Source of the DNA: Methanobacteriota archaeon
GTDB taxonomy: Archaea; Thermoplasmatota; Poseidoniia; Poseidoniales; Poseidoniaceae
Direction: 5' to 3'
Assembly: GCA_018650165.1 (NCBI GenBank)
Contig: JABIGM010000037.1
Span: forward strand, 1 to 62,800
Length of the DNA stretch: 62,800 bases
Positions 16,040-26,697 of this stretch are shown piece after piece; within the stretch, counting starts at the first letter, position 1; each line of letters begins with the position of its first letter. Position numbers and translations under genes: made by a program. Under the pieces are notes generated by a model, which saw only the letters and a list, made by a program, of their open reading frames with translations, did not search any database and was not told the origin of the DNA.

Positions 16040-18670
16040 TCAGGGCGGAGACAATAAGGCCTTGAATGAATCAATGGTTCCAGTCCAAATGGATTTACCA
16101 ATTTCTAAGATCAAACGTAGAGTTCCCCCACTACCAGAAAGGCGTGCGCCATTAATGATAACACCAATTACACTTAGTTCATGAACCAATACTCCAATGG
16201 CAAGATTATCATTAATTCCTGCTAATACCATGTATACTAAGGCCATTGTAATCATTACAGAATAAGCAATGTTCCAGACCAGTATAGAGCGGGTGCGCTT
16301 TGCAAGGGTCACTAACTCCGAAATTAATCTAGGATCATCTCCCGGAATTAGAACATCTGCCGCTTCTAGATTAGCAGATTCCCCAGTTCCGATTGCTATT
16401 CCGATATCTGCTGCTGCCATTGCGGCTGCATCATTGAAACCATCACCGACCATCATTGTAATGTGAGTCACTGAACGGTCTTGAACCCATTTCACCTTTG
16501 CTTCGGGAGTCATCTCTCCATGGGCCGACTGTGCTGGAATGCCGATTTTCTCTGCTAAAGCGTTGACAGCATCTTGATTGTCGCCAGATAATATCTCAAC
16601 ATTTACACCTTGCGCGTGAAGGGATTTTACCAAATCGCCTGTACCTTTTCTTATGTCATCATGAATGAATGTAAATAACGCAACCGGCTTTCCATCCTTT
16701 AACAGAAGGCTTGCTCCGTGGCCGTTACTAAGCGCTTCTTCCAATGCTTTTAGCAAATGGCCAGAGAGCATTGATTGTTCTGCCCTGACTAAGGCTACTT
16801 CCGAATTCATCATCTTCCCATATACTCCATCTTCACCATCGGATAGTTGGTTTATCTTTACTGGAATTATTTCTTCACTCTTAGCCAAATCGATAATTGC
16901 TTGGGCATAGGGATGGTTAGAAGACACTTCTAGGCCTGCTGCAAGTGCAATTGCAGGGTTTCGACGACGCCCTTTACCCAGAGTGGTTTTTCCAAGTCGT
17001 GGCTTGCCAGAGGTTAGAGTGCCCGTCTTGTCTAGTAATGCAAGATTTACTTTTGATAAGGATTCTAGAACATCGCCACCACGGGCAATAGCCCCCGATT
17101 TTGCAGCTTGTGATAAACTTGCAGCGTGAGGCACAGGTGCAGCGAGTAATAGAGCGCAAGGGCACGCTACTACCCAGAGGAGTAGAATGATTTTCCAATC
17201 AGCCTCTGGTTGAACAAGCCATGCTAGTACTGCGCCAAGTAATACAACTGGCACCCAAATTGCTGTAAAATTCTCTAGTACACCTTGTAGCCTAGTTGGT
17301 TTTTCTTTGAATGAATGGACCTTGTCAATTAATCCTGAAAGCCTCGTATCTTCGCCAACCGCAGTTACTTCGAGATTTACTGGACCACGGGATAATGTGA
17401 GTCCCGCTTGGAGTTCATCTCCAATTGATACTTCGATTGGGGCCGATTCACCAGTAAGTGGTGCGCGATTAACAGAACCCGCGCCTGACACAATTAATCC
17501 ATCAGCAGGAATCAATTCCCCACTACGTATTTCTAAATGGTCACCTTTCATTACCAATCCAATTGGAATCTCTTCTGAATTAGAGGTACTTGATGCCATA
17601 GGAGCCATAGGAAGAGAAACTGAAACTAGAGATATTTTTCCTCCAATTTTCTTCGTTATACGGCGGGCAGTACGTGGAAGTCGGTCAAGTCCTCCTTGCA
17701 TTGCCTCTCTAGCCTTAATCAGCGCCTCGCCTTCCATATGTTCAGTCCATGAAACCAAGATTAAAACCATCAAAGCTTCTTCCCATGCTTGAAGATATGA
17801 AGCACCCAACACTGCAAAGGATGTTAAAACTTGAAATCCAAGTTGTCTGTTTTGGATTGAAGCCCATCCTTGATTGAACATTTTGAATCCCCCAATCGAG
17901 ACTCCAACAATTCCAAAACTGCCAATAATCCATGGGTTTTCAGTAAGCATCTCGCAGATAAAGACTGCGATTAGCATTACAAACGCAAATCCTGAACCTA
18001 TCATTCTCCATTGACCAGAAGACAGCCTTTTGGTTGAGGTTGCAACTAAACGGTATTCGCCTCCAATAACTGCTTTTAGTGAATTCTCCATCGCGATTCG
18101 CAGTTCAGTTACTGGGTTTGGTACCACTTGGAGAATAATAATTCCTTCTTTGTCGACTTCACAATCCAAGATTCCGGGTTGACGGCGAAAAATTCGAGGT
18201 AGACCTTTGACTGGAACTGAATGTCTCGTTGCAATTGCGCTAGCCTCTACACCGGATATTTCCATGAATGGAAGATCGGGGGCATTGCCAAGCGAACGCA
18301 AAATCGCAGAAGCTTCGGATATATTTCCAATTTCAAGATTAACATCAATGGTCACTGTGCCTTCAGTGGCACTGACTACTGATGAACTAACTTGGTTTAA
18401 TCGATTTAGAGCACTCATTGCTTTAGAAGCGCAGTCCGGACAATCCATGTCTTGAATTGGCCAACAAATATTGTGGCTCCCGCCGTATTCTTCTAATACT
18501 TCCATATCGATACTCTCTGCATCGATTGTAAGGCTCTTGGAACTCTCAATCTTGGGTGTCGAACGGCGAGAACGAGGTTTCACCTTTACAGGTGGGGAGT
18601 CCTCGCCTTCGAGGGATAGGAATTCCTCTGAATCACCCTGCACAATTCTTGGCGGCAATTCATCGCCCAT
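16040..18670 (-). CDS. Heavy-metal P1B-type ATPase
   Basis: DMDCPDC metal-binding domain, LTGES, CPC, DKTGTLT, HP, GDGFND. Confidence 0.95.
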   Translation of the reverse strand: MGDELPPRIVQGDSEEFLSLEGEDSPPVKVKPRSRRSTPKIESSKSLTIDAESIDMEVLEEYGGSHNICWPIQDMDCPDCASKAMSALNRLNQVSSSVVSATEGTVTIDVNLEIGNISEASAILRSLGNAPDLPFMEISGVEASAIATRHSVPVKGLPRIFRRQPGILDCEVDKEGIIILQVVPNPVTELRIAMENSLKAVIGGEYRLVATSTKRLSSGQWRMIGSGFAFVMLIAVFICEMLTENPWIIGSFGIVGVSIGGFKMFNQGWASIQNRQLGFQVLTSFAVLGASYLQAWEEALMVLILVSWTEHMEGEALIKAREAMQGGLDRLPRTARRITKKIGGKISLVSVSLPMAPMASSTSNSEEIPIGLVMKGDHLEIRSGELIPADGLIVSGAGSVNRAPLTGESAPIEVSIGDELQAGLTLSRGPVNLEVTAVGEDTRLSGLIDKVHSFKEKPTRLQGVLENFTAIWVPVVLLGAVLAWLVQPEADWKIILLLWVVACPCALLLAAPVPHAASLSQAAKSGAIARGGDVLESLSKVNLALLDKTGTLTSGKPRLGKTTLGKGRRRNPAIALAAGLEVSSNHPYAQAIIDLAKSEEIIPVKINQLSDGEDGVYGKMMNSEVALVRAEQSMLSGHLLKALEEALSNGHGASLLLKDGKPVALFTFIHDDIRKGTGDLVKSLHAQGVNVEILSGDNQDAVNALAEKIGIPAQSAHGEMTPEAKVKWVQDRSVTHITMMVGDGFNDAAAMAAADIGIAIGTGESANLEAADVLIPGDDPRLISELVTLAKRTRSILVWNIAYSVMITMALVYMVLAGINDNLAIGVLVHELSVIGVIINGARLSGSGGTLRLILEIGKSIWTGTIDSFKALLSPP

Positions 18671-18718
18671 GAAGGCTTGTATCGCAAGCGTATTGAATAA
18701 TACCTTCGAGGGAGGTTT

Positions 18719-19441
18719 ATGCAGTGGATTCCAAAAGGGTGGGTTCCAAAGGCCATTGCTGTTGATATTGATGGCACAATCACCGATTCAAATAAAGAAA
18801 TCAATTTGGGTGCAATCGCTGCATTGCGTCGGCTTGAGGACTTTAATATTCCAATCATTTTGACTACTGGGAATGTACGTGCTATCACCTATGGGTTATG
18901 GCGATTTATCGGAGCCACAGGGCCAATGGTCTGTGAAAATGGCGGAGTAGTATGGCACCCTAAATGGGGTGAACCAATTGTTCGCGCTGATGGAAAACGG
19001 GCAAAGGATGCGGCTTTGATGCTAGGAGAAAAATTGAATTTAGATTCAGAAGGTATCACTACAAATGCTTGGAGAGAATCGGAATGGTGCCTATTCCCTG
19101 ATGAAAACTTGGAGATGATTAACGATTTGATTTCGAAGAGTGCTTTTTCGGATTTATCTGTAGTGAAAACTGGTTTCGCGATTCATCTAATGGAGCCACA
19201 AATCTCCAAAGCCCAGGGCTTGACAATCGCACTAGAGAAGATGGGGATTCTTCCTGCTGACGTCTTAGCAATTGGGGATGCACCTAATGATATTTCGATG
19301 TTTAATTTAGTCGGACATAGCATCGCAGTAGGCGGTTGTTTCGAAGAGTTAGCCGCTGTTGCAAAGGTGATTTCGCCATTCGAACGCGGTGATACATTCG
19401 AGCATGTTTGTGAAGCAATTATCAATAATATATCACAATAA
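18719..19441 (+). CDS. HAD/Cof-family phosphatase (archaeal phosphoglycolate phosphatase-like)
   Basis: AVDIDGTIT, LTTGN, CENGG, SKAQG, IGDAPND. Confidence 0.9.
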   Translation: MQWIPKGWVPKAIAVDIDGTITDSNKEINLGAIAALRRLEDFNIPIILTTGNVRAITYGLWRFIGATGPMVCENGGVVWHPKWGEPIVRADGKRAKDAALMLGEKLNLDSEGITTNAWRESEWCLFPDENLEMINDLISKSAFSDLSVVKTGFAIHLMEPQISKAQGLTIALEKMGILPADVLAIGDAPNDISMFNLVGHSIAVGGCFEELAAVAKVISPFERGDTFEHVCEAIINNISQ

Positions 19442-19449
19442 AGTTGAGA

Positions 19450-19531
19450 TGCCGGAGGTAGGATTTGAACCTACGAAGCATTTCGCAGCGCATCTTGAGT
19501 GCGCCCCCTTTGACCACTCGGGTACTCCGGC
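19450..19531 (-). tRNA. tRNA-Leu(CAA), intronless, long variable arm
   Basis: Minus strand GCCGGAG...GCGCA-CT CAA GA-TGCGC...GTAGG-TTCAAAT-CCTAC-CTCCGGC-A. Confidence 0.97.
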
Positions 19532-19560
19532 TACAGCCCCCCCGCCGAGTTCATCAAACA

Positions 19561-22500
19561 TCATTCTTCCTCATCGGAGGTAGCCTGGTGTTTACGATGA
19601 GTATTTGCAGTAATCAGTAATAATCCGGCAATGAATACCGATAAAATTGACAGTCCCAGCAAGACCGTTTCTGAACTAGAAGAATGGTCACTATTGGTCT
19701 GAACATTCGAGAGTGGTATCGGCACCGGGGGCTGATTATCAATTTGAATTTTTAATCCGAGGTCCCCTTCAGCCCAAGCTTCGATTTCAAATGTGTGAGA
19801 TAATTCCATATCGACTAGTAAAGTAAGATTGTATTCTTCTAACAATATCCCGTCACCATCTAACAATGATATCTTTGTATTTCCATCCAATAATCCTGTA
19901 TTGGAAAGTAAGCACTCAATGGTAATGATGTCGCCAACATTTGGCCTATAGGGAGTCGTTATTATTTCATCCAATACTGGCTCATAGGCAATCCAGCGAA
20001 TTAGTGTATGAATTGGATCAACGGCACTGGTTCCATTTCCTTGAATTTCTCGACCAGAGGCATCTTTCCCATCAAACCAGATAAATATTGAGTCGCCCTT
20101 CTGTAAATCTGGTGAAGTATCCATGTCAATAATTCCCGAATAGAGGTTACTTCGAACACTTTCGAATTGGATTGGAATCGATATAGTGCCGCCTGAGTTT
20201 TCGATCAAACGACCTTGCCGAATAAATGTCCAATGCATATTTACCGAATCGGTATCTAAGCCATGCCCATCTTGGATTGTGACTTCTACCGGCACTTCTC
20301 CCAACTTATCTGAATCTATACTGACCAATGAGCCACTTGATATCGAAATAGTTGGGATTGAATCATCGATGACAATATCGATTGAATCACCTGTGACACT
20401 ATGGCCGAAGATAGAATTAAGATTTACAACTACTTTGATTTGTGAACCATAAAACGCAGAATCCAAAACTTCTCTACTGGTAGAACTACCATCACTATTG
20501 AATGAATTGACTGTTTCAGAAGAACCGAGGTCACCGAATAATTGCATCAGATATGTCGTGCTAAAAGGCATGTTGTTGACTGGAATATCATATCCCATAT
20601 GGTAAGCAATAACTTCGATATCAATGATATCTTGGGCATGAATGTAAATTATTTTATCATTAAAAGAGCCCAATGGAGCGACCTTATCTTCAACATCAAC
20701 AACCCGTAAATCAATCCCACTATGAATCATCCATGATAGATGATTTATCGCTGTGAATGCAGCCCCTAGTGGGGCGTTTTCATCCCACAACTTTAGAGCG
20801 GGGATATTTTCATCTGAGCCGATATCTTCCTCTAGGTCCCATCGTAACTCAAAATCAACCGTTACATCCCAAGTATTGGTCTGCCAGTGTTGGTTGTGTT
20901 CTATTTTAGGCGGTTTGATGAAGCATCCTACATCATGAATTATCTCGTTGCTCCATGGCATCCATTCAATCGCACACCAATCTTTATTTTTGGCCATGTC
21001 AATTCGTACTAAATCAATTGATTCAATTCCGTTATCATCTGATAATGTGAAATTAAACCTGTGAGTATTTCCCGGCAATAGATAATCATCTACTCGGTCA
21101 AGTCCAATTGAATCTCCACTTATCCAAGTCGCATATCTCGGCTGAACAAAAATTGTTGCATATGGTTCATTCATGTTGCCACCAGTCACTATTGGATTTC
21201 CTGCTAAATCCGTACCCTGAATGAAAACATCCAGCCAACCCTTCTCTTCGTTTGATAGAGGGACTGATGATTCATCGATTAAAGGTAGATCGATTATTGC
21301 TGATGTTGCACCCACCGGAGTCAGGAAGTCGATTGACTCCCAGCCTCGTCCGCTTCGATTGTAAAATAGTTCCATCTTACTGGGTAGTCCATTATCATCG
21401 GCAATATTCAATTGAAGTGGAATATCTTGACCGGGATGCCATACATGGCCATCTGCGGGCTGATTTCCACCTGGCGCATTTATTTCAAGTGAAATTATTT
21501 CAGCATTACCTGTGTCAAAGATGAATTTGATTTCTTGAGCATATGAAGTCGCATCATTGGCAGTACTGGATTGTTGACCTATATTCATTAGGCGAGGAGA
21601 AATTGTCAACTCTTGCCCACTCAATGTTTCTAAATTCGGGCTGTAAATTGTAGTATTAAACTGGCCATTGCCATCGATATTAATCGTTGTTGATGAGAGT
21701 ACATCGCTATCCTCTGATAAAGAAATTTCAACATCGACATCTTGTGAAAGAGGATTTATTCCTGCAAGACCGGAAAATCTTACTTCACCTGAGATTACAA
21801 TCTCATCGCTTGCTTTTACATTCAGTGGCCACAATGGGTTTCCAATATCATGTAATGAACGATTATTGGACCAAGCTTTGAGAGCGATAACTTCGAGGTC
21901 ATTGGTAGATGCAGCATACTGTCCCGACCCGGAAAGTCCCATTATTGGTCCAAGGGAGAAACCATCGGAGTTTATTCCTGTAGCAAACCAATACAAACGC
22001 TGATTATCATCTAATAGCCACTTTGATTCAAGTGACCAAGTTACATTTTCACCATCCCAACTACTGTTTGTTGTATCAAGAGATAGCACTCCTGCACCAG
22101 AGTTTTGAATGAAACGCCCTCCGTTTTCGAGATTATCGATTGTTACTTCAGCAACCGTACCTGAAATTTGAGGTGTGGTGGAAATTTTCAAATTTACTGC
22201 TGCTAATGCAGGAGAATTTTCCAATATCTGGTGATTAGAAGTTGCTTGCTGGATATAACCTGGTCTGAAGGTATCATTGGGCAGGGAGACCCAAGTATCG
22301 ATTATCGATTTTTCATGTATAATTTCTCCATTGAAAATTATCCCCCCTCTTTGAACTCTGATATTTACAGGTAGAGTTGAAGACCCATCTCCATTCATAA
22401 CCAACTGTTCAGTCAATGAGTTATTGATATTTATCGAATGATTAAATCCTGAAATATAATTTATTGATAATAAAGAAAATGAAGTTATATGGTTTGTTGT

Positions 22501-25500
22501 AAATGAGAATTGATATTCAACCATGTAATGCGAAAATCCAGAATTATTTATCCAAATTTGTTCCTCGCTCATCATTGCTATCTGTGACCCATTTGTAAGG
22601 AAATTTAGGCCACCATTATAACAATGGAAATTTGCACCACAATCCCATGAATCAGTACTTAAATTTCTAGCAGGCATCAGAATTGAGAATTTAAGGTTGT
22701 TAGAATAATTAGTTACAAATCCTCCTAATTGAGAAATTGGAGTTACAATATTATCGATTTCAAGAGAATACAATTCAGTAGTATGGTGGAATGTCCCATT
22801 CCATTTCCAATCAACAATTCCATCATCACCTATGTCGATTTCAGGATCTATCGGTGCACGTAATGTAATCGGTTCTAATTTGAACCAACCAAATGTTTCT
22901 CCGACTTCGATATCTAGATGCAATGTAATCGCTTGGGCTGGTCCAAATGAATTTTCCAAGACCTCGCCACATTCTTTCTCATCCATTGCCGTTGGCATCC
23001 CTCCACCTCCAGGTACTGGATAGCCCGGGCCCAATATTGGAACTCTATGTAAAATTGGATGAATACTAGCCGAGGCATTTCCATCACAATCTACGCGTAT
23101 GTCTGAGTATGGGCGCCATGAAGGGAGATTTATCATTACACTATACTTGAGGGAGTTTGTTGGAGCTAATGATGGGTCTGTGACCCAATCTGGCATTGTA
23201 GGATTAGTCTGTTTCAGGAGATCAAATGTGAAATATTCGGTTATTCCGTGGTGAATAATTTTTATTCTGGGAGTAATTGTTTCATTCTCCGTTGATAATT
23301 CAACTCTAAATTTCAGTTGGGGGTATTGCCATGCTGCAATGTTGAGGTCGAAAGGTAATTGCAAATCCTCGTGCCCAGCAATTACATTATCATTGATATC
23401 AAGCACATCTACTGTAATATTGGTTTCATCGGGTTGCCAATATAGTGAACTTAATCTTGCCCAACCAGATTCATCTGCATCTATTACAGGACTTATCCAT
23501 GTACCATTCATTTGAAATCTGTCAATTTCAATCCCGGCATCATCGATATACCAGCCATCTTCTTCGAGATATTGGTCTGAAAAGAATGAGAATCTGATTC
23601 TCACATCATTTCCCGCTAAACTAGAGATGTCTCCACTAACTCGATTAAAAGTCTGGTTAGAATTCGAGTTCCCGCAGCCACCATTCACCGTTGAGCCGTC
23701 AAAAATTCCTTTCCCATGGAACGGCGAATTAGTATTAACTTGAGATAATCTTTCATAAAATCCAGAAATGTTTCCACCAAAGTGTTGCCATGTAATGCCA
23801 TCATCGATTGAAGAATAAATTGAGCCACCGTCCCATGCAGCCTCTGTACAAATCCAATGATTGAATGTTAATCTGGCAGTTGAGCCGAGAGGAATATGGT
23901 AGATTGGTGAAACTAAATGGGTATAAACATCGTTTGAATAAACTCCATCTAAATTGATTCCCATGCCCTTTGAACCACTTGGCCACATTGTAGAATTAGG
24001 ACCATACCCGCTATTTGTAGAAATTTGACCTATTTCCCAAGGGGTTGCTCCTCGCTCATGGTCGATACGCCACCCAGTAGGGAGTGCTTGTACTTCCTCG
24101 AATGAGTCGGTGGCTGACCATGGCCCATTATGGCCCTCCCATGTCGCATATTGCCACTCATTTGCATTTCCTTGAACTGAAACTAGCGTTTGACCTGATT
24201 GATTGGTGAAATTTGCAAGCATACGTGTTTGCATACTGGGAAGGCCTACGCCTGAAAGAACCCTGAGATCGTCGATCATTATGCCTTCCCAGCCATCTAT
24301 TGCACTACCACCGTAATTCTTGTTACCATCAGTAGTCACTCTAAATTTCAGTAATGCACTAGATGCATTGACATGCCCTACTGCCCATGAGGGGAAGGGG
24401 TGCTGGACTTCACGCCAACCATATGTTTGCTGAACGAAAGTCGCACCTCCAGAGGGCACTCCTAGCCCAGGAACGCCAGGTAATGGGCTCATTATTGTCC
24501 ATGTTGAATTATTATCCAATGAGATCATCACAACCAAATTATCATGATTGCCTGCCTCGATATCCCAGTTTGCCCAATACATAAATTCGAGAGGGCCATT
24601 AAGTCCTGAAATATCGATTGGTACTATCAGTGAACCGTCGGCATTCGCAGAATATTCTCCGCTTGTATTGCCATGAAACCATGTTCCGAGAGGCTCTCCT
24701 TGATTTGATAGATTGAATGAATCAATGAATAAACCTACATCGTTTGAAGAAGAGTTTGAAGTTTTTATGAAGTAGCGAAACCCAATGCTGTTGGCATTAC
24801 CTACAATAGAATCAAGCGGGTATGACTCACTTACCCAATCGGCTGTAACTCCAGACCAGTTGTCCAAAGTTTGCCAATTCTGACCATTATTGATTGAATA
24901 CTGAACTTTTGATTCATCATCAGAATCGAAGGAATTCCAACGGTCGAATGAGACATTGAAGTATCGAACTACATTTGGAATTGGCCAGAATTGTGAGCGG
25001 ATATATCCTTCAGAGCCAGGTATGATAGTCCCATTACTGCCAGCAACCATGTTTCCAGATGTTGTATTGGATGGACCATAGGTCACATTTGAGAGATTTA
25101 CTGGCATCCAAACTGGGTCGCCATGAGGAGACCATGTGGAAAATTGTGGGCTATTAGATTCAAAATCGGTCATTTGGCCATAACTGGAGACCGGTGCAAG
25201 GGTAAGTTCTCCACTTGAAGTAAGATATGACGTTCCATTAGAACTTCCCACAGAAAATCCTCCCGGAGAATCTGCTGCCCAATAGGTTCCATTATCTTCG
25301 GATTCTGTCCATTCCGGAGACAGTTCGAAGCTCGAATCGGTAATTGTATGATTAGTCGGTAAAGTGAAGCCATCATATGATGAATTTGAAGGGCTAAGGC
25401 CCGAAGAATCGGGTGATGAAATAGGACCTTCCCATGTCGCAATATCCGCTGCAGCCCACGGTGTGAGCAGCATTAGGAAAGCGATGAAGAAAGCCTGTCT

Positions 25501-25527
25501 AATTGGGTCCACCGGTAGTGGACCCAT
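19561..25527 (-). CDS. Giant (~1990 aa) secreted, C-terminally anchored surface protein with three tandem beta-sandwich (immune-inhibitor-A/MAM-like) modules, Ig-like domains and a CARDB-like domain
   Basis: Signal peptide MGPLPVDPIRQAFFIAFLMLLTPWAAA; three repeats of L.F..W...E...D...V..S.D.G..W ... G..IDD; C-terminal TM VLLGLSILSVFIAGLLLI; tail ends DEEE. Confidence 0.8.
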   Translation of the reverse strand: MGPLPVDPIRQAFFIAFLMLLTPWAAADIATWEGPISSPDSSGLSPSNSSYDGFTLPTNHTITDSSFELSPEWTESEDNGTYWAADSPGGFSVGSSNGTSYLTSSGELTLAPVSSYGQMTDFESNSPQFSTWSPHGDPVWMPVNLSNVTYGPSNTTSGNMVAGSNGTIIPGSEGYIRSQFWPIPNVVRYFNVSFDRWNSFDSDDESKVQYSINNGQNWQTLDNWSGVTADWVSESYPLDSIVGNANSIGFRYFIKTSNSSSNDVGLFIDSFNLSNQGEPLGTWFHGNTSGEYSANADGSLIVPIDISGLNGPLEFMYWANWDIEAGNHDNLVVMISLDNNSTWTIMSPLPGVPGLGVPSGGATFVQQTYGWREVQHPFPSWAVGHVNASSALLKFRVTTDGNKNYGGSAIDGWEGIMIDDLRVLSGVGLPSMQTRMLANFTNQSGQTLVSVQGNANEWQYATWEGHNGPWSATDSFEEVQALPTGWRIDHERGATPWEIGQISTNSGYGPNSTMWPSGSKGMGINLDGVYSNDVYTHLVSPIYHIPLGSTARLTFNHWICTEAAWDGGSIYSSIDDGITWQHFGGNISGFYERLSQVNTNSPFHGKGIFDGSTVNGGCGNSNSNQTFNRVSGDISSLAGNDVRIRFSFFSDQYLEEDGWYIDDAGIEIDRFQMNGTWISPVIDADESGWARLSSLYWQPDETNITVDVLDINDNVIAGHEDLQLPFDLNIAAWQYPQLKFRVELSTENETITPRIKIIHHGITEYFTFDLLKQTNPTMPDWVTDPSLAPTNSLKYSVMINLPSWRPYSDIRVDCDGNASASIHPILHRVPILGPGYPVPGGGGMPTAMDEKECGEVLENSFGPAQAITLHLDIEVGETFGWFKLEPITLRAPIDPEIDIGDDGIVDWKWNGTFHHTTELYSLEIDNIVTPISQLGGFVTNYSNNLKFSILMPARNLSTDSWDCGANFHCYNGGLNFLTNGSQIAMMSEEQIWINNSGFSHYMVEYQFSFTTNHITSFSLLSINYISGFNHSININNSLTEQLVMNGDGSSTLPVNIRVQRGGIIFNGEIIHEKSIIDTWVSLPNDTFRPGYIQQATSNHQILENSPALAAVNLKISTTPQISGTVAEVTIDNLENGGRFIQNSGAGVLSLDTTNSSWDGENVTWSLESKWLLDDNQRLYWFATGINSDGFSLGPIMGLSGSGQYAASTNDLEVIALKAWSNNRSLHDIGNPLWPLNVKASDEIVISGEVRFSGLAGINPLSQDVDVEISLSEDSDVLSSTTINIDGNGQFNTTIYSPNLETLSGQELTISPRLMNIGQQSSTANDATSYAQEIKFIFDTGNAEIISLEINAPGGNQPADGHVWHPGQDIPLQLNIADDNGLPSKMELFYNRSGRGWESIDFLTPVGATSAIIDLPLIDESSVPLSNEEKGWLDVFIQGTDLAGNPIVTGGNMNEPYATIFVQPRYATWISGDSIGLDRVDDYLLPGNTHRFNFTLSDDNGIESIDLVRIDMAKNKDWCAIEWMPWSNEIIHDVGCFIKPPKIEHNQHWQTNTWDVTVDFELRWDLEEDIGSDENIPALKLWDENAPLGAAFTAINHLSWMIHSGIDLRVVDVEDKVAPLGSFNDKIIYIHAQDIIDIEVIAYHMGYDIPVNNMPFSTTYLMQLFGDLGSSETVNSFNSDGSSTSREVLDSAFYGSQIKVVVNLNSIFGHSVTGDSIDIVIDDSIPTISISSGSLVSIDSDKLGEVPVEVTIQDGHGLDTDSVNMHWTFIRQGRLIENSGGTISIPIQFESVRSNLYSGIIDMDTSPDLQKGDSIFIWFDGKDASGREIQGNGTSAVDPIHTLIRWIAYEPVLDEIITTPYRPNVGDIITIECLLSNTGLLDGNTKISLLDGDGILLEEYNLTLLVDMELSHTFEIEAWAEGDLGLKIQIDNQPPVPIPLSNVQTNSDHSSSSETVLLGLSILSVFIAGLLLITANTHRKHQATSDEEE

Positions 25528-25611
25528 GGTCGGTAGGTTTGAAACTTCGTTCGCGATGTTTGGTATTGTTGGCTGAAGGGTTGATAGGTGACCCGCGCCA
25601 CGGCAATAAGC

Positions 25612-26613
25612 ATGGCCGAGCGGACCTTCCTCAACCCTGCTCAAGCCAAAGAGGTTGAAGAGCAACTTTTCTCAACCCTGAGACAGCAAGTTGGTAGAAG
25701 TGTACCAATGCCACTTCCGCGTAAAGATTTCTGGGTAAAGGTCGGCCAGTTGCTTGATACTGTCGAAATTGAAATTCATGAAGTATACAAAACAGTAGGT
25801 CCTTCGATGAAAATGCAAACGATGCAGAAGCGACAGGCCAATATTCGTAGAACTGCTTCAGAACTTGCACGTAAGAGATTGGTTGCTATGATGCAACACT
25901 CTGCAACCATGGCACTTCGTAGTGAAGGAGGAAAGGATGGACAAGTCCTTGCTAGTCTCGATTGGACACGCCATGACCCATCGGAGCGTGAATTCTATTC
26001 GAATGCAACTGAACAGTTGAATCGATTCAAACAAACGGTAAATTGGAATGCTATGCAAAAGGGTCTTGCTTCCGAAGAGTTTGCAGAAAATTTCACTATG
26101 GCTGCAGGAACCACTCAGTTGGATGAATTTATCCCAGAAAGTGGAGGATTAACTGGCCAAGGTCCACCAACAATTGCGTTGGAAGAGAATAACAAACCCT
26201 TGCCAGAAATGGAAATTGATGAAGAAGAAGTCCTTGCTAAAGCAGATGCTTATCCTGAGTTAGAGGGCCTCCAGTCCGTTGAAGAGCGGCCTATCGCAAG
26301 TTCGATGGATGAGGGTAGTAGCCATGCAGCAGCAATGGAACTCGCACCTTCCAAAAAGAAGGAACAGATGGACTTTGATGCTTGGGCTGCTGCAGAAGCG
26401 GTTGTTGATGCACCTGTTGATGTTGTTCCAGATGTTTCAGAACCTGCAGATGACGGCCAGATGTTGAGGATACGAGTCTTACAATCTATGGATGATCCAA
26501 TTATCACCGCAGATGGTGAAATTGAACTTGGTGCCGGAGATGTACTATTCCTAGATGAAACTACAGCGAATTATCTTGTAGACTCTGGTGTGGCAGAGAT
26601 AGCTGCTCTGTGA
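25612..26613 (+). CDS. gins: GINS51 (AB-type) DNA replication protein with long acidic linker
   Basis: Helical A domain (LPRKDFWVKVGQLL...NIRRTASELARKRL) and C-terminal B domain (RIRVLQSMD..ITADGEIELGAGDVLFLDETTANYLVDSGVAE). Confidence 0.75.
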   Translation: MAERTFLNPAQAKEVEEQLFSTLRQQVGRSVPMPLPRKDFWVKVGQLLDTVEIEIHEVYKTVGPSMKMQTMQKRQANIRRTASELARKRLVAMMQHSATMALRSEGGKDGQVLASLDWTRHDPSEREFYSNATEQLNRFKQTVNWNAMQKGLASEEFAENFTMAAGTTQLDEFIPESGGLTGQGPPTIALEENNKPLPEMEIDEEEVLAKADAYPELEGLQSVEERPIASSMDEGSSHAAAMELAPSKKKEQMDFDAWAAAEAVVDAPVDVVPDVSEPADDGQMLRIRVLQSMDDPIITADGEIELGAGDVLFLDETTANYLVDSGVAEIAAL

Positions 26614-26697
26614 ATGAACAAGCATTTGTTGATAACACAAAAGGTAAACCTGTTATTCATAATTGGCGTTTAACGCCATCATGCCTGTAGATGTCCT

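Noticed and set aside
19450-19560. tRNA-Leu beside the giant surface gene as an island boundary
   Set aside because: No direct repeat or mobility gene seen; core genes flank both sides
26664-26678. Palindrome TGGCGTT-T-AACGCCA between converging gins and rps10
   Set aside because: A 1-nt loop cannot form an RNA hairpin; single copy with no supporting context
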